Source of the DNA: Auanema rhodensis
Lineage: Eukaryota > Animalia > Nematoda
Assembly: GCA_964057225.1 (NCBI GenBank)
Contig: OZ059898.1
Span: 1,364,001-1,428,000 of the forward strand
DNA: 64,000 nucleotides
Direction: 5' to 3'
A program made the position numbers and the translations under genes. Positions 11,401-26,400 of this stretch are shown piece after piece; position 1 is the stretch's first letter, and every line of letters starts with the position of its first letter. The notes under the pieces were generated by a model. The model was not told the DNA's origin. It saw only the letters and a list, made by a program, of their open reading frames with translations, and made no database searches.

Positions 11401-14400
11401 TGCATCATTTTTCAAACGATCATAACTAATTTTTGTATTAAGCGTTTTTCAATGTAGTATAGTGCATTCGATGCGGATTTTTAAGCTGCGTCGATCTGTG
11501 TTATCAGATTTGCGCTAGCTTAAAAATGCACCGAGATATCAACTGATATAAGTTCACACTTATATCCTCGATTTTCACCCTGAAGAATTAATTTTTTCGT
11601 TGAATAACATTGTCCATCGTCTTTGCCTTGAAAGAAGGAATCTAAAAACATCTACTTTTTGCTAAATTATTTTGAAATTTTTCGAAAAAATTTTTGTCAA
11701 AATGTTTTTGGAAGCAATGTTGAGTGTACATGGAAACTCAACATACACTAATGCATCATTTTTCAAACGATCATAACTAATTTTTGTATTAAGCGTTTTT
11801 CAATGTAGTATAGTGCATTCGATGCGGATTTTTAAGCTGCGTCGATCTGTGTTATCAGATTTGCGCTAGCTTAAAAATGCACCGAGATATCAACTGATAT
11901 AAGTTCACACTTATATCCTCGATTTTCACCCTGAAGAATTAATTTTTTCGTTGAATAACATTGTCCATCGTCTTTGCCTTGAAAGAAGGAATCTAAAAAC
12001 ATCTACTTTTTGCTAAATTATTTTGAAATTTTTCGAAAAAATTTTTGTCAAAATGTTTTTGGAAGCAATGTTGAGTGTACATGGAAACTCAACATACACT
12101 AATGCATCATTTTTCAAACGATCATAACTAATTTTTGTATTAAGCGTTTCTCAATGTAGTATAGTGCATTCGATGCGGATTTTTAAGCTGCGTCGATCTG
12201 TGTTATCAGATTTGCGCTAGCTTAAAAATGCACCGAGATATCAACTGATATAAGTTCACACTTATATCCTCGATTTTCACCCTGAAGAATTAATTTTTTC
12301 GTTGAATAACATTGTCCATCGTCTTTGCTTTAAAAAAAGGAATCTAAAAACATCTACTTTTTGCTAAATTATTTTGAAATTTTTCGAAAAAATTTTTGTC
12401 AAAATGTTTTTGGAAGCAATGTTGAGTGTACATGGAAACTCAACATACACTAATGCATCATTTTTCAAACGATCATAACTAATTTTTGTATTAAGCGTTT
12501 CTCAATGTAGTATAGTGCATTCGATGCGGATTTTTAAGCTGCGTCGATCTGTGTTATCAGATTTGCGCTAGCTTAAAAATGCACCGAGATATCAACTGAT
12601 ATAAGTTCACACTTATATCCTCGATTTTCACCCTGAAGAATTAATTTTTCCGTTGAATAACATTGTCCATCGTCTTTGCCTTGAAAAAAGGAATCTAAAA
12701 ACATCTACTTTTTGCTAAATTATTTTGAAATTTTTCGAAAAAATTTTTGTCAAAATGTTTTTGGAAGCAATGTTGAGTGTACATGGAAACTCAACATACA
12801 CTAATGCATCATTTTTCAAACAATCATAACTAATTTTTGTATTAAGCGTTTCTCAATGTAGTATAGTGCATTCGATGCGGATTTTTAAGCTGCGTCGATC
12901 TGTGTTATCAGATTTGCGCTAGCTTAAAAATGCACCGAGATATCAACTGATATAAGTTCACACTTATATCCTCGATTTTCACCCTGAAGAATTAATTTTT
13001 TCGTTGAATAACATTGTCCATCGTCTTTGCCTTGAAAAAAGGAATCTAAAAACATCTACTTTTTGCTAAATTATTTTGAAATTTTTCGAAAAAATTTTTG
13101 TCGAAATGTTTTTGGAAGCAATGTTGAGTGTACATGGAAACTCAACATACACTAATGCATCATTTTTCAAACGATCATAACTAATTTTTGTATTAAGCGT
13201 TTCTCAATGTAGTATAGTGCATTCGATGCGGATTTTTAAGCTGCGTCGATCTGTGTTATCAGATTTGCGCTAGCTTAAAAATGCACCGAGATATCAACTG
13301 ATATAAGTTCACACTTATATCCTCGATTTTCACCCTGAAGAATTAATTTTTTCGTTGAATAACATTGTCCATCGTCTTTGCTTTAAAAAAAGGAATCTAA
13401 AAACATCTACTTTTTGCTAAATTATTTTGAAATTTTTCGAAAAAATTTTTGTCAAAATGTTTTTGGAAGCAATGTTGAGTGTACATGGAAACTCAACATA
13501 CACTAATGCATCATTTTTCAAACGATCATAACTAATTTTTGTATTAAGCGTTTCTCAATGTAGTATAGTGCATTCGATGCGGATTTTTAAGCTGCGTCGA
13601 TCTGTGTTATCAGATTTGCGCTAGCTTAAAAATGCACCGAGATATCAACTGATATAAGTTCACACTTATATCCTCGATTTTCACCCTGAAGAATTAATTT
13701 TTCCGTTGAATAACATTGTCCATCGTCTTTGCCTTGAAAAAAGGAATCTAAAAACATCTACTTTTTGCTAAATTATTTTGAAATTTTTCGAAAAAATTTT
13801 TGTCAAAATGTTTTTGGAAGCAATGTTGAGTGTACATGGAAACTCAACATACACTAATGCATCATTTTTCAAACAATCATAACTAATTTTTGTATTAAGC
13901 GTTTCTCAATGTAGTATAGTGCATTCGATGCGGATTTTTAAGCTGCGTCGATCTGTGTTATCAGATTTGCGCTAGCTTAAAAATGCACCGAGATATCAAC
14001 TGATATAAGTTCACACTTATATCCTCGATTTTCACCCTGAAGAATTAATTTTTTCGTTGAATAACATTGTCCATTGTCTTTGCCTTGAAAAAAGGAATCT
14101 AAAAACATCTACTTTTTGCTAAATTATTTTGAAATTTTTCGAAAAAATTTTTGTCGAAATGTTTTTGGAAGCAATGTTGAGTGTACATGGAAACTCAACA
14201 TACACTAATGCATCATTTTTCAAACGATCATAACTAATTTTTGTATTAAGCGTTTTTCAATGTAGTATAGTGCATTCGATGCGGATTTTTAAGCTGCGTC
14301 GATCTGTGTTATCAGATTTGCGCTAGCTTAAAAATGCACCGAGATATCAACTGGTATAAGTTCACACTTATATCCTCGATTTTCACCCTGAAGAATTAAT

Positions 14401-17400
14401 TTTTTCGTTGAATAACATTGTCCATCGTCTTTGCCTTGAAAAAAGGAATCTAAAAACATCTACTTTTTGCTAAATTATTTTGAAATTTTTCGAAAAAATT
14501 TTTGTCAAAATGTTTTTGGAAGCAATGTTGAGTGTACATGGAAACTCAACATACACTAATGCATCATTTTTCAAACGATCATAACTAATTTTTGTATTAA
14601 GCGTTTTTCAATGTAGTATAGTGCATTCGATGCGGATTTTTAAGCTGCGTCGATCTGTGTTATCAGATTTGCGCTAGCTTAAAAATGCACCGAGATATCA
14701 ACTGGTATAAGTTCACACTTATATCCTCGATTTTCACCCTGAAGAATTAATTTTTTCGTTGAATAACATTGTCCATCGTCTTTGCCTTGAAAAAAGGAAT
14801 CTAAAAACATCTACTTTTTGCTAAATTATTTTGAAATTTTTCGAAAAAATTTTTGTCAAAATGTTTTTGGAAGCAATGTTGAGTGTACATGGAAACTCAA
14901 CATACACTAATGCATCATTTTTCAAACGATCATAACTAATTTTTGTAATAAGCGTTTTTCAATGTAGTATAGTGCATTCGATGCGGATTTTTAAGCTGCG
15001 TCGATCTGTGTTATCAGATTTGCGCTAGCTTAAAAATGCACCGAGATATCAACTGGTATAAGTTCACACTTATATCCTCGATTTTCACCCTGAAGAATTA
15101 ATTTTTTCGTTGAATAACATTGTCCATCGTCTTTGCCTTGAAAAAAGGAATCTAAAAACATCTACTTTTTGCTAAATTATTTTGAAATTTTTCGAAAAAA
15201 TTTTTGTCAAAATGTTTTTGGAAGCAATGTTGAGTGTACATGGAAACTCAACATACACTAATGCATCATTTTTCAAACAATCATAACTAATTTTTGTATT
15301 AAGCGTTTCTCAATGTAGTATAGTGCATTCGATGCGGATTTTTAAGCTGCGTCGATCTGTGTTATCAGATTTGCGCTAGCTTAAAAATGCACCGAGATAT
15401 CAACTGGTATAAGTTCACACTTATATCCTCGATTTTCACCCTGAAGAATTAATTTTTTCGTTGAATAACATTGTCCATCGTCTTTGCCTTGAAAAAAGGA
15501 ATCTAAAAACATCTACTTTTTGCTAAATTATTTTGAAATTTTTCGAAAACATTTTTGTCAAAATGTTTTTGGAAGCAATGTTGAGTGTACATGGAAACTC
15601 AACATACACTAATGCATCATTTTTCAAACGATCATAACTAATTTTTGTAATAAGCGTTTTTCAATGTAGTATAGTGCATTCGATGCGGATTTTTAAGCTG
15701 CGTCGATCTGTGTTATCAGATTTGCGCTAGCTTAAAAATGCACCGAGATATCAACTGGTATAAGTTCACACTTATATCCTCGATTTTCACCCTGAAGAAT
15801 TAATTTTTTCGTTGAATAACATTGTCCATCGTCTTTGCCTTGAAAAAAGGAATCTAAAAACATCTACTTTTTGCTAAATTATTTTGAAATTTTTCGAAAA
15901 AATTTTTGTCAAAATGTTTTTGGAAGCAATGTTGAGTGTACATGGAAACTCAACATACACTAATGCATCATTTTTCAAACAATCATAACTAATTTTTGTA
16001 TTAAGCGTTTCTCAATGTAGTATAGTGCATTCGATGCGGATTTTTAAGCTGCGTCGATCTGTGTTATCAGATTTGCGCTAGCTTAAAAATGCACCGAGAT
16101 ATCAACTGGTATAAGTTCACACTTATATCCTCGATTTTCACCCTGAAGAATTAATTTTTTCGTTGAATAACATTGTCCATCGTCTTTGCCTTGAAAAAAG
16201 GAATCTAAAAACATCTACTTTTTGCTAAATTATTTTGAAATTTTTCGAAAAAATTTTTGTCAAAATGTTTTTGGAAGCAATGTTGAGTGTACATGGAAAC
16301 TCAACATACACTAATGCATCATTTTTCAAACAATCATAACTAATTTTTGTATTAAGCGTTTCTCAATGTAGTATAGTGCATTCGATGCGGATTTTTAAGC
16401 TGCGTCGATCTGTGTTATCAGATTTGCGCTAGCTTAAAAATGCACCGAGATATCAACTGGTATAAGTTCACACTTATATCCTCGATTTTCACCCTGAAGA
16501 ATTAATTTTTTCGTTGAATAACATTGTCCATCGTCTTTGCCTTGAAAAAAGGAATCTAAAAACATCTACTTTTTGCTAAATTATTTTGAAATTTTTCGAA
16601 AAAATTTTTGTCAAAATGTTTTTGGAAGCAATGTTGAGTGTACATGGAAACTCAACATACACTAATGCATCATTTTTCAAACGATCATAACTAATTTTTG
16701 TAATAAGCGTTTTTCAATGTAGTATAGTGCATTCGATGCGGATTTTTAAGCTGCGTCGATCTGTGTTATCAGATTTGCGCTAGCTTAAAAATGCACCGAG
16801 ATATCAACTGATATAAGTTCACACTTATATCCTCGATTTTCACCCTGAAGAATTAATTTTTTCGTTGAATAACATTGTTCATCGTCTTTGCTTTGAAAAA
16901 AGGAATCTAAAAACATCTACTTTTTGCTAAATTATTTTGAAATTTTTCGAAAAAATTTTTGTCAAAATGTTTTTGGAAGCAATGTTGAGTGTACATGGAA
17001 ACTCAACATACACTAATGCATCATTTTTCAAACGATCATAACTAATTTTTGTATTAAGCGTTTCTCAATGTAGTATAGTGCATTCGATGCGGATTTTTAA
17101 GCTGCGTCGATCTGTGTTATCAGATTTGCGCTAGCTTAAAAATGCACCGAGATATCAACTGATATAAGTTCACACTTATATCCTCGATTTTCACCCTGAA
17201 GAATTAATTTTTTCGTTGAATAACATTGTCCATCATCTTTGCTTTGAAAAAAGGAATCTAAAAACATCTACTTTTTGCTAAATTATTTTGAAATTTTTCG
17301 TAAAAATTTTTGTCAAAATGTTTTTGGAAGCAATGTTGAGTGTACATGGAAACTCAACATACACTAATGCATCATTTTTCAAACGATCATAACTAATTTT

Positions 17401-20400
17401 TGTATTAAGCGTTTCTCAATGTAGTATAGTGCATTCGATGCGGATTTTTAAGCTGCGTCGATCTGTGTTATCAGATTTGCGCTAGCTTAAAAATGCACCG
17501 AGATATCAACTGATATAAGTTCACACTTATATCCTCGATTTTCACCCTGAAGAATTAATTTTTTCGTTGAATAACATTGTCCATCGTCTTTGCTTTGAAA
17601 AAAGGAATCTAAAAACATCTACTTTTTGCTAAATTATTTTGAAATTTTTCGAAAAAATTTTTGTCAAAATGTTTTTGGAAGCAATGTTGAGTGTACATGG
17701 AAACTCAACATACACTAATGCATCATTTTTCAAACGATCATAACTAATTTTTGTATTAAGCGTTTTTCAATGTAGTATAGTGCATTCGATGCGGATTTTT
17801 AAGCTGCGTCGATCTGTGTTATCAGATTTGCGCTAGCTTAAAAATGCACCGAGATATCAACTGATATAAGTTCACACTTATATCCTCGATTTTCACCCTG
17901 AAGAATTAATTTTTTCGTTGAATAACATTGTCCATCGTCTTTGCCTTGAAAAAAGGAATCTAAAAACATCTACTTTTTGCTAAATTATTTTGAAATTTTT
18001 CGAAAAAATTTTTGTCAAAATGTTTTTGGAAGCAATGTTGAGTGTACATGGAAACTCAACATACACTAATGCATCATTTTTCAAACAATCATAACTAATT
18101 TTTGTATTAAGCGTTTCTCAATGTAGTATAGTGCATTCGATGCGGATTTTTAAGCTGCGTCGATCTGTGTTATCAGATTTGCGCTAGCTTAAAAATGCAC
18201 CGAGATATCAACTGATATAAGTTCACACTTATATCCTCGATTTTCACCCTGAAGAATTAATTTTTTCGTTGAATAACATTGTCCATCGTCTTTGCCTTGA
18301 AAAAAGGAATCTAAAAACATCTACTTTTTGCTAAATTATTTTGAAATTTTTCGAAAAAATTTTTGTCGAAATGTTTTTGGAAGCAATGTTGAGTGTACAT
18401 GGAAACTCAACATACACTAATGCATCATTTTTCAAACAATCATAACTAATTTTTGTATTAAGCGTTTCTCAATGTAGTATAGTGCATTCGATGCGGATTT
18501 TTAAGCTGCGTCGATCTGTGTTATCAGATTTGCGCTAGCTTAAAAATGCACCGAGATATCAACTGATATAAGTTCACACTTATATCCTCGATTTTCACCC
18601 TGAAGAATTAATTTTTTCGTTGAATAACATTGTCCATCGTCTTTGCCTTGAAAAAAGGAATCTAAAAACATCTACTTTTTGCTAAATTATTTTGAAATTT
18701 TTCGAAAAAATTTTTGTCGAAATGTTTTTGGAAGCAATGTTGAGTGTACATGGAAACTCAACATACACTAATGCATCATTTTTCAAACGATCATAACTAA
18801 TTTTTGTATTAAGCGTTTTTCAATGTAGTATAGTGCATTCGATGCGGATTTTTAAGCTGCGTCGATCTGTGTTATCAGATTTGCGCTAGCTTAAAAATGC
18901 ACCGAGATATCAACTGATATAAGTTCACACTTATATCCTCGATTTTCACCCTGAAGAATTAATTTTTTCGTTGAATAACATTGTCCATCGTCTTTGCCTT
19001 GAAAAAAGGAATCTAAAAACATCTACTTTTTGCTAAATTATTTTGAAATTTTTCGAAAAAATTTTTGTCGAAATGTTTTTGGAAGCAATGTTGAGTGTAC
19101 ATGGAAACTCAACATACACTAATGCATCATTTTTCAAACGATCATAACTAATTTTTGTATTAAGCGTTTTTCAATGTAGTATAGTGCATTCGATGCGGAT
19201 TTTTAAGCTGCGTCGATCTGTGTTATCAGATTTGCGCTAGCTTAAAAATGCACCGAGATATCAACTGGTATAAGTTCACACTTATATCCTCGATTTTCAC
19301 CCTGAAGAATTAATTTTTTCGTTGAATAACATTGTCCATCGTCTTTGCCTTGAAAAAAGGAATCTAAAAACATCTACTTTTTGCTAAATTATTTTGAAAT
19401 TTTTCGAAAAAATTTTTGTCAAAATGTTTTTGGAAGCAATGTTGAGTGTACATGGAAACTCAACATACACTAATGCATCATTTTTCAAACAATCATAACT
19501 AATTTTTGTATTAAGCGTTTCTCAATGTAGTATAGTGCATTCGATGCGGATTTTTAAGCTGCGTCGATCTGTGTTATCAGATTTGCGCTAGCTTAAAAAT
19601 GCACCGAGATATCAACTGATATAAGTTCACACTTATATCCTCGATTTTCACCCTGAAGAATTAATTTTTTCGTTGAATAACATTGTCCATCGTCTTTGCC
19701 TTGAAAAAAGGAATCTAAAAACATCTACTTTTTGCTAAATTATTTTGAAATTTTTCGAAAAAATTTTTGTCGAAATGTTTTTGGAAGCAATGTTGAGTGT
19801 ACATGGAAACTCAACATACACTAATGCATCATTTTTCAAACGATCATAACTAATTTTTGTATTAAGCGTTTTTCAATGTAGTATAGTGCATTCGATGCGG
19901 ATTTTTAAGCTGCGTCGATCTGTGTTATCAGATTTGCGCTAGCTTAAAAATGCACCGAGATATCAACTGGTATAAGTTCACACTTATATCCTCGATTTTC
20001 ACCCTGAAGAATTAATTTTTTCGTTGAATAACATTGTCCATCGTCTTTGCCTTGAAAAAAGGAATCTAAAAACATCTACTTTTTGCTAAATTATTTTGAA
20101 ATTTTTCGAAAAAATTTTTGTCAAAATGTTTTTGGAAGCAATGTTGAGTGTACATGGAAACTCAACATACACTAATGCATCATTTTTCAAACGATCATAA
20201 CTAATTTTTGTAATAAGCTTTTTTCAATGTAGTATGGTGCATTCGATGCGGATTTTTAAGCTGCGTCGATCTGTGTTATCAGATTTGCGCTAGCTTAAAA
20301 ATGCACCAAGATATCAACTGATATAAGTTCACACTTATATCCTCGATTTTCACCCTGAAGAATTAATTTTTTCGTTGAATAACATTGTTCATCGTCTTTG

Positions 20401-23400
20401 CTTTGAAAAAAGGAATCTAAAAACATCTACTTTTTGCTAAATTATTTTGAAATTTTTCGAAAAAATTTTTGTCAAAATGTTTTTGGAAGCAATGTTGAGT
20501 GTACATGGAAACTCAACATACACTAATGCATCATTTTTCAAACGATCATAACTAATTTTTGTATTAAGCGTTTCTCAATGTAGTATAGTGCATTCGATGC
20601 GGATTTTTAAGCTGCGTCGATCTGTGTTATCAGATTTGCGCTAGCTTAAAAATGCACCGAGATATCAACTGATATAAGTTCACACTTATATCCTCGATTT
20701 TCACCCTGAAGAATTAATTTTTTCGTTGAATAACATTGTCCATCATCTTTGCTTTGAAAAAAGGAATCTAAAAACATCTACTTTTTGCTAAATTATTTTG
20801 AAATTTTTCGTAAAAATTTTTGTCAAAATGTTTTTGGAAGCAATGTTGAGTGTACATGGAAACTCAACATACACTAATGCATCATTTTTCAAACGATCAT
20901 AACTAATTTTTGTATTAAGCGTTTCTCAATGTAGTATAGTGCATTCGATGCGGATTTTTAAGCTGCGTCGATCTGTGTTATCAGATTTGCGCTAGCTTAA
21001 AAATGCACCGAGATATCAACTGATATAAGTTCACACTTATATCCTCGATTTTCACCCTGAAGAATTAATTTTTTCGTTGAATAACATTGTCCATCGTCTT
21101 TGCCTTGAAAAAAGGAATCTAAAAACATCTACTTTTTGCTAAATTATTTTGAAATTTTTCGAAAAAATTTTTGTCAAAATGTTTTTGGAAGCAATGTTGA
21201 GTGTACATGGAAACTCAACATACACTAATGCATCATTTTTCAAACGATCATAACTAATTTTTGTATTAAGCGTTTTTCAATGTAGTATAGTGCATTCGAT
21301 GCGGATTTTTAAGCTGCGTCGATCTGTGTTATCAGATTTGCGCTAGCTTAAAAATGCACCGAGATATCAACTGGTATAAGTTCACACTTATATCCTCGAT
21401 TTTCACCCTGAAGAATTAATTTTTTCGTTGAATAACATTGTCCATCGTCTTTGCCTTGAAAAAAGGAATCTAAAAACATCTACTTTTTGCTAAATTATTT
21501 TGAAATTTTTCGAAAAAATTTTTGTCAAAATGTTTTTGGAAGCAATGTTGAGTGTACATGGAAACTCAACATACACTAATGCATCATTTTTCAAACGATC
21601 ATAACTAATTTTTGTAATAAGCGTTTTTCAAAGTAGTATAGTGCATTCGATGCGGATTTTTAAGCTGCGTCGATCTGTGTTATCAGATTTGCGCTAGCTT
21701 AAAAATGCACCGAGATATCAACTGATATAAGTTCACACTTATATCCTCGATTTTCACCCTGAAGAATTAATTTTTTCGTTGAATAACATTGTCCATCGTC
21801 TTTGCTTTGAAAAAAGGAATCTAAAAACATCTACTTTTTGCTAAATTATTTTGAAATTTTTCGAAAAAATTTTTGTCAAAATGTTTTTGGAAGCAATGTT
21901 GAGTGTACATGGAAACTCAACATACACTAATGCATCATTTTTCAAACGATCATAACTAATTTTTGTATTAAGCGTTTCTCAATGTAGTATAGTGCATTCG
22001 ATGCGGATTTTTAAGCTGCGTCGATCTGTGTTATCAGATTTGCGCTAGCTTAAAAATGCACCGAGATATCAACTGATATAAGTTCACACTTATATCCTCG
22101 ATTTTCACCCTGAAGAATTAATTTTTTCGTTGAATAACATTGTCCATCATCTTTGCTTTGAAAAAAGGAATCTAAAAACATCTACTTTTTGCTAAATTAT
22201 TTTGAAATTTTTCGTAAAAATTTTTGTCAAAATGTTTTTGGAAGCAATGTTGAGTGTACATGGAAACTCAACATACACTAATGCATCATTTTTCAAACGA
22301 TCATAACTAATTTTTGTATTAAGCGTTTCTCAATGTAGTATAGTGCATTCGATGCGGATTTTTAAGCTGCGTCGATCTGTGTTATCAGATTTGCGCTAGC
22401 TTAAAAATGCACCGAGATATCAACTGATATAAGTTCACACTTATATCCTCGATTTTCACCCTGAAGAATTAATTTTTTCGTTGAATAACATTGTCCATCA
22501 TCTTTGCTTTGAAAAAAGGAATCTAAAAACATCTACTTTTTGCTAAATTATTTTGAAATTTTTCGTAAAAATTTTTGTCAAAATGTTTTTGGAAGCAATG
22601 TTGAGTGTACATGGAAACTCAACATACACTAATGCATCATTTTTCAAACGATCATAACTAATTTTTGTATTAAGCGTTTCTCAATGTAGTATAGTGCATT
22701 CGATGCGGATTTTTAAGCTGCGTCGATCTGTGTTATCAGATTTGCGCTAGCTTAAAAATGCACCGAGATATCAACTGATATAAGTTCACACTTATATCCT
22801 CGATTTTCACCCTGAAGAATTAATTTTTTCGTTGAATAACATTGTCCATCGTCTTTGCCTTGAAAAAAGGAATCTAAAAACATCTACTTTTTGCTAAATT
22901 ATTTTGAAATTTTTCGAAAAAATTTTTGTCAAAATGTTTTTGGAAGCAATGTTGAGTGTACATGGAAACTCAACATACACTAATGCATCATTTTTCAAAC
23001 GATCATAACTAATTTTTGTATTAAGCGTTTTTCAATGTAGTATAGTGCATTCGATGCGGATTTTTAAGCTGCGTCGATCTGTGTTATCAGATTTGCGCTA
23101 GCTTAAAAATGCACCGAGATATCAACTGGTATAAGTTCACACTTATATCCTCGATTTTCACCCTGAAGAATTAATTTTTTCGTTGAATTACATTGTCCAT
23201 CGTCTTTGCCTTGAAAAAAGGAATCTAAAAACATCTACTTTTTGCTAAATTATTTTGAAATTTTTCGAAAAAATTTTTGTCAAAATGTTTTTGGAAGCAA
23301 TGTTGAGTGTACATGGAAACTCAACATACACTAATGCATCATTTTTCAAACGATCATAACTAATTTTTGTATTAAGCGTTCCTCAATGTAGTATAGTGCT

Positions 23401-26400
23401 TTCGATGCGGATTTTTAAGCTGCGTCGATCTGTGTTATCAGATTTGCGCTAGCTTAAAAATGCACCGAGATATCAACTGGTATAAGTTCACACTTATATC
23501 CTCGATTTTCACCCTGAAGAATTAATTTTTTCGTTGAATAACAGTGTCCATCGTCTTTGCCTTGAAAAAAGGAATCTAAAAACATCTACTTTTTGCTAAA
23601 TTATTTTGAAATTTTTCGAAAAAATTTTTGTCAAAATGTTTTTGGAAGCAATGTTGAGTGTACATGGAAACTCAACATACACTAATGCATCATTTTTCAA
23701 ACGATCATGACTAATTTTTGTATTAAGCGTTTTTCAATGTAGTATAGTGCATTCGATGCGGATTTTTAAGCTGCGTCGATCTGTGTTATCAGATTTGCGC
23801 TAGCTTAAAAATGCACCGAGATATCAACTGGTATAAGTTCACACTTATATCCTCGATTTTCACCCTGAAGAATTAATTTTTTCGTTGAATAACATTGTCC
23901 ATCGTCTTTGCCTTGAAAAAAGGAATCTAAAAACATCTACTTTTTGCTAAATTATTTTGAAATTTTTCGAAAAAATTTTTGTCAAAATGTTTTTGGAAGC
24001 AATGTTGAGTGTACATGGAAACTCAACATACACTAATGCATCATTTTTCAAACAATCATAACTAATTTTTGTATTAAGCGTTTCTCAATGTAGTATAGTG
24101 CATTCGATGCGGATTTTTAAGCTGCGTCGATCTGTGTTATCAGATTTGCGCTAGCTTAAAAATGCACCGAGATATCAACTGGTATAAGTTCACACTTATA
24201 TCCTCGATTTTCACCCTGAAGAATTAATTTTTTCGTTGAATAACATTGTCCATCGTCTTTGCCTTGAAAAAAGGAATCTAAAAACATCTACTTTTTGCTA
24301 AATTATTTTGAAATTTTTCGAAAAAATTTTTGTCAAAATGTTTTTGGAAGCAATGTTGAGTGTACATGGAAACTCAACATACACTAATGCATCATTTTTC
24401 AAACAATCATAACTAATTTTTGTATTAAGCGTTTCTCAATGTAGTATAGTGCATTCGATGCGGATTTTTAAGCTGCGTCGATCTGTGTTATCAGATTTGC
24501 GCTAGCTTAAAAATGCACCGAGATATCAACTGATATAAGTTCACACTTATATCCTCGATTTTCACCCTGAAGAATTAATTTTTTCGTTGAATAACATTGT
24601 CCATCGTCTTTGCCTTGAAAAAAGGAATCTAAAAACATCTACTTTTTGCTAAATTATTTTGAAATTTTTCGAAAAAATTTTTGTCGAAATGTTTTTGGAA
24701 GCAATGTTGAGTGTACATGGAAACTCAACATACACTAATGCATCATTTTTCAAACGATCATAACTAATTTTTGTATTAAGCGTTTTTCAATGTAGTATAG
24801 TGCATTCGATGCGGATTTTTAAGCTGCGTCGATCTGTGTTATCAGATTTGCGCTAGCTTAAAAATGCACCGAGATATCAACTGGTATAAGTTCACACTTA
24901 TATCCTCGATTTTCACCCTGAAGAATTAATTTTTTCGTTGAATAACATTGTCCATCGTCTTTGCCTTGAAAAAAGGAATCTAAAAACATCTACTTTTTGC
25001 TAAATTATTTTGAAATTTTTCGAAAAAATTTTTGTCAAAATGTTTTTGGAAGCAATGTTGAGTGTACATGGAAACTCAACATACACTAATGCATCATTTT
25101 TCAAACGATCATAACTAATTTTTGTAATAAGCTTTTTTCAATGTAGTATAGTGCATTCGATGCGGATTTTTAAGCTGCGTCGATCTGTGTTATCAGATTT
25201 GCGCTAGCTTAAAAATGCACCAAGATATCAACTGATATAAGTTCACACTTATATCCTCGATTTTCACCCTGAAGAATTAATTTTTTCGTTGAATAACATT
25301 GTTCATCGTCTTTGCTTTGAAAAAAGGAATCTAAAAACATCTACTTTTTGCTAAATTATTTTGAAATTTTTCGAAAAAATTTTTGTCAAAATGTTTTTGG
25401 AAGCAATGTTGAGTGTACATGGAAACTCAACATACACTAATGCATCATTTTTCAAACGATCATAACTAATTTTTGTATTAAGCGTTTCTCAATGTAGTAT
25501 AGTGCATTCGATGCGGATTTTTAAGCTGCGTCGATCTGTGTTATCAGATTTGCGCTAGCTTAAAAATGCACCGAGATATCAACTGATATAAGTTCACACT
25601 TATATCCTCGATTTTCACCCTGAAGAATTAATTTTTTCGTTGAATAACATTGTCCATCATCTTTGCTTTGAAAAAAGGAATCTAAAAACATCTACTTTTT
25701 GCTAAATTATTTTGAAATTTTTCGAAAAAATTTTTGTCGAAATGTTTTTGGAAGCAATGTTGAGTGTACATGGAAACTCAACATACACTAATGCATCATT
25801 TTTCAAACGATCATAACTAATTTTTGTATTAAGCGTTTTTCAATGTAGTATAGTGCATTCGATGCGGATTTTTAAGCTGCGTCGATCTGTGTTATCAGAT
25901 TTGCGCTAGCTTAAAAATGCACCGAGATATCAACTGGTATAAGTTCACACTTATATCCTCGATTTTCACCCTGAAGAATTAATTTTTTCGTTGAATAACA
26001 TTGTCCATCGTCTTTGCCTTGAAAAAAGGAATCTAAAAACATCTACTTTTTGCTAAATTATTTTGAAATTTTTCGAAAAAATTTTTGTCAAAATGTTTTT
26101 GGAAGCAATGTTGAGTGTACATGGAAACTCAACATACACTAATGCATCATTTTTCAAACGATCATAACTAATTTTTGTAATAAGCTTTTTTCAATGTAGT
26201 ATAGTGCATTCGATGCGGATTTTTAAGCTGCGTCGATCTGTGTTATCAGATTTGCGCTAGCTTAAAAATGCACCAAGATATCAACTGATATAAGTTCACA
26301 CTTATATCCTCGATTTTCACCCTGAAGAATTAATTTTTTCGTTGAATAACATTGTCCATCATCTTTGCTTTGAAAAAAGGAATCTAAAAACATCTACTTT

